Source of the DNA: Candidatus Taylorbacteria bacterium RIFCSPHIGHO2_12_FULL_45_16
GTDB taxonomy: Bacteria > Patescibacteriota > Minisyncoccia > Phycocordibacterales > PALSA-1337
Assembly: GCA_001821055.1 (NCBI GenBank)
Contig: MHRT01000010.1
Location: forward strand, 1 to 54,015
DNA length: 54,015 nucleotides
Direction: 5' to 3'
Positions 30,734 through 38,392 of the stretch are shown here, one piece after another. The first letter of the stretch is position 1; each line of letters begins with the position of its first letter. Below the pieces are notes generated by a model. It was not told where the DNA came from. It was given only the letters and a program-made list of their open reading frames with translations, and searched no databases. The position numbers and the translations under genes are program-made.

Positions 30734-31021
30734 TTATTTGATTAGTCCACCGTGAAATACTGCGTAGTAAATCAGCTTGCCATCCTTCTTAACTTCTTCC
30801 CGTCCCTCAAATCTTTCGATTTTGCCAGTGATTTTATTGATATATGTGTAATTTTCAATAACAAACTTCTTCGGTCCACGTACTGGAATAATATCGTCCG
30901 GTAACTGTTTCAATGCTCCGCGTAATGATTTATCTATCTCGGCTTCAGTAACTGTTGGATCTGTGACATAGCCATTGTAATTCGTCGTTAAGCATGTGAG
31001 TAAAATTACAATTTGTTTAAT
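30734..31021 (-). pseudogene. Start-less ~95-codon open frame (possible DUF5680-like C-terminal domain)
   Basis: Own translation: ...NYNGYVTDPTVTEAEIDKSLRGALKQLPDDIIPVRGPKKFVIENYTYINKITGKIERFEGREEVKKDGKLIYYAVFHGGLIK*. There is no ATG/GTG/TTG giving more than 56 aa, and its 5' end overlaps the upstream gene. Confidence 0.3.
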
Positions 31022-31542
31022 TCATATTTCCATCCCGGTTGCCACTTGAAATGAGTCGTGGTCAGCTTTTCAAGGGATACTCCGTTGATTAGATTTTCTA
31101 AGCCGTATTGCGTGGCACGATGACCGATAATCATTACTCGTTTACCAGCATAATTCTTGAGTAAATCTTCAAGAAACGATTTCATCCTAGCTGTTGTCTG
31201 GGTATAGCTCTCACCATTCGGAAATGGCACAGTAATTCTTTTTGGCTTTTCAACGTCAACTTTCTCGCTAGAAGCTTGTGTTAAATCACCATAATTACAT
31301 TCACGCAATCTAGCATCTTTGATTATTTGCCACTTATCTCCGAAGCCAATCTCCGCACTCTCATAAGCACGTTGCAAATCAGAACAGAAAACTGCATCAA
31401 AGTGATCATCCTTATAGCGTTCACCCATCTCTTTGGATTGCTGAATGCCAAGAGGCGAAAGAGCTACATCATTGTGACCAGACGACAAATGAGCTTCGTT
31501 ATCGGATGTAGTGCCGTGTGCTTCAAATACTATGGTTATCAT
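31006..31542 (-). CDS. Histidine phosphatase superfamily protein (variant AHG instead of RHG)
   Basis: IVFEAHGTTSDNE, CSDLQRA and MIIGHRATQ fit the branch-1 histidine phosphatase layout. The Arg that usually precedes the catalytic His is Ala. Confidence 0.65.
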   Translation of the reverse strand: MITIVFEAHGTTSDNEAHLSSGHNDVALSPLGIQQSKEMGERYKDDHFDAVFCSDLQRAYESAEIGFGDKWQIIKDARLRECNYGDLTQASSEKVDVEKPKRITVPFPNGESYTQTTARMKSFLEDLLKNYAGKRVMIIGHRATQYGLENLINGVSLEKLTTTHFKWQPGWKYELNKL

Positions 31543-31630
31543 ATGAACAGTTTAACCTAATTGCAACCTATAATAAACTTGGGTATTCGACCCTCCTCGG
31601 TCATACGATATCAAATTTTATTGGCTGGCC

Positions 31631-33049
31631 GTGTGGGACGATGAACGTATAGAAGCTGGAGAAGCCACCGGTATCTTAGCTTGGCACCCAGACAGGCTCG
31701 CTCGTAACTCGGTTGATGGTGGAAAGATAATCTATTTGGTTGATACAGGCATGATTACTGACTTAAAGTTTCCAACATTTTGGTTTGACGCAACTCCGCA
31801 GGGAAAATTCATGCTTTCGATTGCTTTTGGTCAGAGCAAATACTATGTGGACAATTTATCAGAAAATGTAAAGCGCGGTTTTCGTCAGAAATTGAAAAAT
31901 GGCATCTGGCCGCAGAAGGCTCCGATTGGATATCTGAATGACAAAAAGACAAAACTGATCACTATTGATCCAGAAAAAGCTCCACTCATCAAGAAAGCTT
32001 TCGAGGCTTATGCTACAGGCAACTATACCCTTTCCGGATTACGCAAGGCTATGGGTGAGCTTGGTTTAACCGGGCATAAAGGCAGAGATCTTTCCATTTC
32101 CAACTATCAGTATTTACTCAAAAATCATCTCTATTACGGACTCATATTTTTTCACAGCGAATTCTGGGAAGGTAAACATGAGCCGATTATTACGAAGAAA
32201 CTCTATGATCAAGTTCAGGAGGTCATGACGCGTAAAAGTAAACCACAACATGATGGTGGATTGAAACCATATGTATATCGTGGACTATTCAAGTGCGCCG
32301 AATGTGGCTGTTGTATTACGAACGAGACGAAGAAAGGTCATAACTATTTGCGATGTACAAAACGCAAAGGACCCTGCTCGCAGAAATATGTTCGTGAGGA
32401 AGCTATGACTACATTAATTCAAAAGGAGCTCAAGAAAGTATCACTTTCTGATGCTGTTGCGAATTGGTTAATTGCCGAGGTTGAAAAAGAAAAAGTAGAT
32501 GATAATAAATTATCGGGGATTCAAATTCAGAAAGTGAATGGTGAAATTGCTTCTGTTGATTCCAAACTTGATAAATTGATGACAGCATATCTTGAAAATG
32601 CCTTAACTTTGGAAGAATATCAACAAACCAAGAACAAACTGATTTCTGAAAAGCAGGTTTTAAAGGACAAACTCGCCTCCTTCGGTCGTGTCTCGACCAG
32701 TCGGTTCGAACCAGTCATAAATTTCTTTAACGACTGTAAACAAGCCGCTATTTTGGCAGACAGCACGGATACGACGAAAATTCGCTCATTCTTCCAAAAG
32801 GTCGGTTCGAACCCACTCGTCCGCGACCGCGCCCTCGTTTTTTCGCCCCGTGCGCCCTTTGCATTTGTGACAAAAATCCCAAAAAAATCCAGCAATGAAG
32901 CGGGCGGGGCGGAAGGGGGGTTTCAGGGGGGAATTCCGCCCCGCCCTCCACTTGTGGTTTGCGATGATGCGATTTCGGGCGATTTTGCGCTTTCTGCGAA
33001 ATTGCTGGCCGGATGGGACGCTGTGGGAACCGTTATTTTAGCGAGATAA
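31631..33049 (+). pseudogene. 5'-truncated large serine recombinase (catalytic Ser region missing)
   Basis: Matches the intact recombinase at 41022 from HPDRLARN onward (recombinase domain, zinc ribbon CAECGC...YLRC, coiled coil). It lacks the ~65-aa N terminus with the catalytic Ser. The 3' ~150 nt look like read-through. Confidence 0.7.
32902..32946. repeat. GC-rich 13-bp perfect inverted repeat at the island junction
   Basis: gggcggggcggaa (32902-32914) pairs with ttccgccccgccc (32934-32946). The loop is ggggggtttcaggggggaa. Confidence 0.7.
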
Positions 33050-33305
33050 CCTGAATCCCTTTACTATCGATGTCCTTTTTAGGCCAGAATTTCTCTAGCT
33101 CTTCGATTTTCCATTTACCTACATATCCAACCTCTTTTTCGATTTCCCGACCAGTATAACTCTTTGTTTTCGGATCCCACTCCTTTAGCACTAATGTATC
33201 TCCTTCTTCAATCTCAAAATCATTCAACCGAAGCTCAAAAGTCTTCTTGTTATCGACTATCTGCTGGAAATATTCAGGCCATACTTTCTTCTCAACTTTT
33301 TTCAT
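33033..33305 (-). CDS. ASCH/PUA-like small protein (DUF3850-like)
   Basis: 90 aa. KVWPEYFQQIVDNKKTFELRLNDFEIEEGDTLVLKEW...TGREI fits the DUF3850/ASCH pattern. Confidence 0.6.
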   Translation of the reverse strand: MKKVEKKVWPEYFQQIVDNKKTFELRLNDFEIEEGDTLVLKEWDPKTKSYTGREIEKEVGYVGKWKIEELEKFWPKKDIDSKGIQVISLK

Positions 33306-33316
33306 AGTTTATAAAT

Positions 33317-35398
33317 TTATTTACTTCCATTGTTAATTTTAACAGGAACACCTTTCTTACCATTTGCTAATTTACTATCAAAGAAATCGACAATTACAGG
33401 CTTATCGCAACTAGATCCTTTTCCAACAACAATCGCACGATACCTAGGCAAAATACTCATACTATCTAAATACTTTTGATTTATATATGCACTCATGAAG
33501 TTTTTAGATGTTTCGTCGAAAGACTGTAGAGCAATAATAGTGTGACACTGATAAAGGATCGTTTTTGTCACTAATGCTGTACGCTGAGTAATGATAAGAA
33601 ATCCAATATTATGTTTTCGACATTTTAGAACAACTTGAGATATTCTGCTCACTTTCTTTTGACCAAACCCCTGATCACCAAATGTACTCTCTGGAATAAA
33701 GTCATAGGCCTCCTCCATTGCAATACAGATTTTTTCGGCCTCATTCTTTGTTTGATAAGCTACTACCTTCTCAATAAGATTGGCCGTAATGTCACTCAAA
33801 TTTAATGTGCCTGTACTTTTGTCCTTATCGTCAGTCTGCCAATTTATGGAAATTACATTTTTCGTTGCCTTTGAAAGATCAAAAGTGTTGGAATCCTGCT
33901 CTTCTATAAGTGAAGAATCTATATATGTAGTAAGTGATTGCTTATGTTTCCTATCAACTTCCAGGATTACCACTTTGAAACAACTAGAAGCCATTTTTTC
34001 TAGGATACATGCTGCCATTCTAGATTTTCCCGTACCAGTCTTTCCTATTACGGCTATGTGATGGCTGACACTTTCCTCAAGGTCAATAAAAATCGGGTAC
34101 TGCGAACGTGGTACTGTCCCAACTTTGTAACAATTATTATTAGATATTTTTATCTCTTCTGTAGATGTTTCAATAAACACGGGAGAATTTATGCTAGGCA
34201 CCCAACCAGTATCGGTGAATTTCTGTTTATCACTCTGCCAATTACCGATTTGTTGTGCAGTTATGATCTTTGATCCAATCTTGCTATGTCCATCTACACT
34301 TTCTGAATCAGTCTCAACATTAATTATTTGATATTTCGTAGAAGTCTTGTAAAAACTTACGGCAATTAAATCACCTTCCTTCAGGTCCTTGCGTTCATCA
34401 ACCCCTTCAATCATTTTAACTTTGATAACATCAATATCTGAATTGGTATAAACAAAGCCTATTATATTATCACGATTTTTATAGACCTCTGAAGATTCAA
34501 TTTCTTTAGGTATACCTGAATCTGTACTAAAGACATATACCTGCTTTGCTATGTCAATAGCCCTAGCATTTATGCAATGAAAATGTAAATATTTCTTATT
34601 ATCCGCTTCAAGTTCATATATGAACATTGCGTAAATTAAATCAGCATCTGTGTGTAGATGTCTCACGTCATCAATGACTACAATATCCCCGGATTTTAAG
34701 ACTGGAGATCCTGGTAATTGCTCAACATAAATAACATCTGGGTTTAATCTCTTTACAATTTTACCAATCAATCTCGACTTATTTTTAGCCTTCATTTTTT
34801 CAAGCAATGGAGTAATCAGTTTTCTATCAATAGGCTCAATGAGAATCACCACACCCCAAAAAATAATGAGCAATATAACTGCTATTTGCTCATTATTTAT
34901 CAATGAACTGCTTTCAAGGGATGAGACAAAATAGTTAAAAATTGACAATATAAAAACAATTGAAAACAAAAGTCTTGAACTACCCAAAAAGCCAGATATA
35001 ACATTTAAGGAATAAGCAATTTTTTGTGATAGAACATTTCTGTCTTTCTCTTCGTCAACCAAGACAAAAGACACAAGGGCTATAACAGCCGTTAGTAGTG
35101 AATATGTAATGAGTGGCCAATAGAGGTGAAATTTACTTACATCGTTAAGTGTTAATAAGACGACAAACAGTGTTATTACATTCACTATTACATCTAGTGG
35201 TTTAGTGAAATATTTTTCTGTAACAAAGACACCAAGTATTATCAATAACAAGCCACTTGTGAACCAAATCTCTGAGTCCTTTCCTAGGCCTGTAAAGATC
35301 CTATCTATCAATAAAAATTTGAGAGCAAATAATCCTCCTGCAAATATGATCAAATAAGTGAGATTTTTTAATTTATTGCTCTTCATAAAATTATCCAA
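33317..35398 (-). CDS. Membrane-anchored HerA/FtsK-superfamily (DUF87-like) ATPase
   Basis: About 6 TM segments in the first ~200 aa, then a central domain. Walker A HHIAVIGKTGTGKS, Walker B CIAMEEAYDF, and IGFLIITQRTALVTKTILYQCHTIIALQ. Confidence 0.7.
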   Translation of the reverse strand: MDNFMKSNKLKNLTYLIIFAGGLFALKFLLIDRIFTGLGKDSEIWFTSGLLLIILGVFVTEKYFTKPLDVIVNVITLFVVLLTLNDVSKFHLYWPLITYSLLTAVIALVSFVLVDEEKDRNVLSQKIAYSLNVISGFLGSSRLLFSIVFILSIFNYFVSSLESSSLINNEQIAVILLIIFWGVVILIEPIDRKLITPLLEKMKAKNKSRLIGKIVKRLNPDVIYVEQLPGSPVLKSGDIVVIDDVRHLHTDADLIYAMFIYELEADNKKYLHFHCINARAIDIAKQVYVFSTDSGIPKEIESSEVYKNRDNIIGFVYTNSDIDVIKVKMIEGVDERKDLKEGDLIAVSFYKTSTKYQIINVETDSESVDGHSKIGSKIITAQQIGNWQSDKQKFTDTGWVPSINSPVFIETSTEEIKISNNNCYKVGTVPRSQYPIFIDLEESVSHHIAVIGKTGTGKSRMAACILEKMASSCFKVVILEVDRKHKQSLTTYIDSSLIEEQDSNTFDLSKATKNVISINWQTDDKDKSTGTLNLSDITANLIEKVVAYQTKNEAEKICIAMEEAYDFIPESTFGDQGFGQKKVSRISQVVLKCRKHNIGFLIITQRTALVTKTILYQCHTIIALQSFDETSKNFMSAYINQKYLDSMSILPRYRAIVVGKGSSCDKPVIVDFFDSKLANGKKGVPVKINNGSK

Positions 35399-36065
35399 TC
35401 TTTCTCATTATAAAGAGGTATTTGAATCCTCTTAGATAGAAATTATATTGTCTAGCCCTGCTATGCCAAATATCAGTGTTTGAGGTTTGATTATGTCTTG
35501 TAAGACACACAATATCAATAGGCTCAAAGTGTTTCTCAAGTCTTTGCCACATTAGAAATCCTGTAGCTGTAAACTTCTTTTTTATCCATTGATCGGCAAT
35601 AACCCAACCCATCGCCTTTCCTGGCTTTAGGATTCTCTTAATCTCTGCAGCAGTCTTATCTAATTCATCATAAAACTCTGTTTTCTCGCAGGAGATTTTT
35701 CCGATACACTGTTTATCATCGGAATATTTTATATTGTCTGAATATGGTGAGTCGATAAACACAAAATCTACACTATTCTCCTGCAGAGGAATTTTCCTAG
35801 AATCATTCTTAATGATATCTGGTCTAACTATATTCAAATCGTAGCCAATAACTTTTCTTTTCAATTCTTTGGCCACATCAATCGTGGTGCCACTTCCACA
35901 CATTGGATCTACAACTAGATCGCCCTCTTTGGTGTATCGTTGCAACAAATTCCATATGACAAAAGCCGGCGTAACGCCGTTATATTTGTTATTTCCGTGG
36001 GGTGTATCTCCATAATTTTGTTTTGGAAAATCCCACAATGTTGTGGATTCAATCTGTGATAACAT
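35391..36065 (-). CDS. N4/N6-type DNA methyltransferase (small)
   Basis: AdoMet motif DLVVDPMCGSGTT is followed by the catalytic-type motif FIDSPY. Its stop overlaps the HerA-like start by 8 nt. Confidence 0.75.
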   Translation of the reverse strand: MLSQIESTTLWDFPKQNYGDTPHGNNKYNGVTPAFVIWNLLQRYTKEGDLVVDPMCGSGTTIDVAKELKRKVIGYDLNIVRPDIIKNDSRKIPLQENSVDFVFIDSPYSDNIKYSDDKQCIGKISCEKTEFYDELDKTAAEIKRILKPGKAMGWVIADQWIKKKFTATGFLMWQRLEKHFEPIDIVCLTRHNQTSNTDIWHSRARQYNFYLRGFKYLFIMRKIG

Positions 36066-36068
36066 AAC

Positions 36069-36737
36069 TTATTTTAGTAATTTCTTCAGATCGTCAATGA
36101 ACTTATCGAACATTTTAACCTTATCACTTTCCTCAATATTGGTTTCACTCAAAACATAACTGCCATCTGTATCAACTTCAACGATAGCTCTGCCTTTCTT
36201 TGTCGGCTTCTTCATTGTAAGTGTCCCATCTTCGTCTGGTGTTACGAAATATACCTTGATATGCTTTGTTGCTTTATCAGATGCCAATTTCATTTTCCAG
36301 TAACCTGTTTGAGCAATCCTCTCTCGTAGAGTGACTTTACTGGATAAAACAGCAACAACTTTACTCGTCTTTGGATCGAATATAATCAGGTCAACATCTG
36401 GTAAATGCAAGCCAAACTCACCATAATCAACAGTAAGATTTCTTTTAAGTTCGCTTAATTCTTTGGACAAATTTGAGCCATTTGTTCGTTCAAGAGTATT
36501 TCCATTTACTACCTGCAAACTAAGAGCGTGAACTTCATCTGTAATAATGTACTCAATCAATTTTTCCAGATTCTTTCCCTTGAATGCTCGCCAAGATTGC
36601 TCATGGTCATCACCTGTAAAATCTTTCCCGTGTTGTTCTTTGGCCTCGCGCAAAACATTCGATATGTGCCGATACGCCTCTACTCCATATTGGCTCTTTT
36701 TCGTATCATAAATTTTGATCAGATCCTTGATTGTCAT
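36069..36737 (-). CDS. Probable type II restriction endonuclease (PD-(D/E)XK-like)
   Basis: LPDVDLIIFD ... AVLSSKVTLRERIAQ resembles a PD...(S/E)xK core. It sits between two methyltransferases with 3- and 4-nt gaps. Confidence 0.5.
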   Translation of the reverse strand: MTIKDLIKIYDTKKSQYGVEAYRHISNVLREAKEQHGKDFTGDDHEQSWRAFKGKNLEKLIEYIITDEVHALSLQVVNGNTLERTNGSNLSKELSELKRNLTVDYGEFGLHLPDVDLIIFDPKTSKVVAVLSSKVTLRERIAQTGYWKMKLASDKATKHIKVYFVTPDEDGTLTMKKPTKKGRAIVEVDTDGSYVLSETNIEESDKVKMFDKFIDDLKKLLK

Positions 36738-36741
36738 TGTT

Positions 36742-38013
36742 TTATTTTTCCATTACTAGTATATATTCGGTTGGATAAGCCGAAACTTTATTCTTATCAG
36801 TTATGCTTGCAAACTTACCTGTCTTTTTATCTCTAACAGATGGCAAATTCTTTGACGGTATTTCTCTTTTTATAATATCGGCAACTTTTAGTCCTAGGTT
36901 TTGTAATTGTTCAACAAAAACTTCTGCATTGAGTATTTTTACACCCTGCAAACTGGTATTCCCGACAACAATACACGTTTTCCCTCCTTTTTTCAACATT
37001 CGTTTCATTTCAGTAAATACCTGATTCATCTCACTGAAATATGTTGAAACTTCCTCCGCCGTCTTTCGATCTATAACCAATAATTCTTTTCTAATATTCT
37101 CTGCAATTGAGCTATTCAATGTCAGATTTTTCTTGCTGTGATATGAGGTGCCAATAAATCGCTTTCGAAAATCACTTATATCCTTCGTATATTCTAACCA
37201 CAAGGCAGTCAACTGATGTAAATCAGCATATTCGTACGAAGTTACATATGGCGGCGAAGTAACAATCAAATTTACACTGTTATCCCTTGTTGGAATCGTC
37301 CTTGCGTCAGTACAGACAACTTTACTTGGCACCTTCAGATATTTCCTTTCAGATAACATTTCAAACAATCTCTCATTGCCGCGCAACATCATCTTTATTT
37401 GCTTCAAAAATGTTTTAACCGGATCTGATGGCTTTTTCTCAAAATCTCTCGTTGGTTTATTACTTTTTTGTAGCCATATCGAACAATTTTTCAATATATT
37501 AGAAAATCCGCAGAAGAAAAAATCTTGAACATCTTGATCTTTAATTCTTGAGATTTCAGCAAATATAAACGCTAACTTTCTCTTTTCTTCGGGCTTAAAC
37601 CAGTAGTCAATTCTCTCATGTTCCGGAGCTTTTACTTTTGTCTTTTCATTATAAGCCTCTAATCTAATTTTGATATTTTCAAACTCTTTTTCAATCTTTG
37701 CTGGATTGATCGGGGTAATCTTGGCTTTCGTTATTAAAACGGCAACAGGGTTGATATCAACCGCAACTGATGATCTTCCCATAACCTTAGATTCGACGAG
37801 GGTCGTACCACAACCACCAAAAGGGTCAACAACCAAATCTCCCAATTTTGTATATCTTTCTACCAGACGAGAAACAACTTGTGGAATAAACTTTGCGGGA
37901 TAACGATGATAGCCATGAGTAATATACGCAGTGTCTTTGCGTGTCTTATCAGAGAAAGACCATGACGGATCAATCTTAGTTTTATCAAAATGTGAAGTAA
38001 TATTATTGGTCAT
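36742..38013 (-). CDS. N4/N6-type DNA methyltransferase (SPPY motif)
   Basis: HRYPAKFIP...DLVVDPFGGCGTT...DINP, then about 190 aa later NLIVTSPPY. Confidence 0.8.
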   Translation of the reverse strand: MTNNITSHFDKTKIDPSWSFSDKTRKDTAYITHGYHRYPAKFIPQVVSRLVERYTKLGDLVVDPFGGCGTTLVESKVMGRSSVAVDINPVAVLITKAKITPINPAKIEKEFENIKIRLEAYNEKTKVKAPEHERIDYWFKPEEKRKLAFIFAEISRIKDQDVQDFFFCGFSNILKNCSIWLQKSNKPTRDFEKKPSDPVKTFLKQIKMMLRGNERLFEMLSERKYLKVPSKVVCTDARTIPTRDNSVNLIVTSPPYVTSYEYADLHQLTALWLEYTKDISDFRKRFIGTSYHSKKNLTLNSSIAENIRKELLVIDRKTAEEVSTYFSEMNQVFTEMKRMLKKGGKTCIVVGNTSLQGVKILNAEVFVEQLQNLGLKVADIIKREIPSKNLPSVRDKKTGKFASITDKNKVSAYPTEYILVMEK

Positions 38014-38022
38014 CGTGTTTCG

Positions 38023-38031
38023 ATTATATCA
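38023..38031 (-). promoter_or_regulatory. Candidate extended -10 (TGATATAAT) for the RM operon
   Basis: The reverse complement of 38023-38031 reads tgatataat and ends 9 nt before the MTase ATG, which implies a very short leader. Confidence 0.35.
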
Positions 38032-38056
38032 TTTCTTTAGCAAACAAGGGTAATCC

Positions 38057-38062
38057 TATAAT
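38057..38062 (+). promoter_or_regulatory. Candidate -10 box (TATAAT) facing the structured element
   Basis: Perfect tataat 19 nt upstream of the first helix strand at 38082. No convincing -35 box. Confidence 0.3.
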
Positions 38063-38081
38063 TTTCGCCACAGATATTATT

Positions 38082-38388
38082 CGCCTCCCGTTCTACCGAC
38101 TTTGGAGGGTAGGTGGTGTGCGAGACGCTTGGCAGATAAGGGCGCGTTGACCTCCGCCCGTCACCACAGAATCTATTCGCGACTAACCCGCACCGGTATG
38201 TCGAGAGCGGCCGACTGTCTGTGCGTTACAGACTGTCGGGTAAGCGGAGACATACGGGTGTGGGTGTAAGTCGCGCCACATACTCCATTAGGGCGGAGGT
38301 GTATGCGCCCGTACGCTCTCCTACCATGCGCTCAAGTACAAGCGGCCGCGCACGACCTGCCCGTAAAAGGCGGTTGGAGCGGGAGGCG
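38082..38388 (+). ncRNA. Unclassified ~307-nt GC-rich nested-helix element (candidate structured RNA, or single-strand origin of the RCR element)
   Basis: Hand-folded. A closing helix at 38082-38090/38380-38388 encloses a series of nested long-range helices (listed in the findings). G-U pairs occur only in the plus sense. No ORF. Confidence 0.55.
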
Positions 38389-38392
38389 CCTC

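Noticed and set aside
32690-32830. Two GGTTCGAACC strings inside the truncated recombinase look like tRNA T-loops, and so like possible att or tRNA fragments.
   Set aside because: No flanking T-stem or acceptor pairing exists. The strings encode the family-conserved peptide blocks SRFEP and VGSNP, so they are coding coincidences.
38082-38388. Tried to assign the GC-rich structured element to a known housekeeping or mobile RNA: tmRNA, SRP RNA, 6S, RNase P, a group II intron (it contains GUGCGAGAC) or a retron msr-msd.
   Set aside because: It has no tRNA-like ends, no SRP GGAA/AGCA domain IV motif, and no RNase P P4 motifs, and rnpB is elsewhere in the window. It is far too short and lacks a domain V for a group II intron. 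There is no adjacent RT for a retron. It is left unclassified rather than forced into a family.
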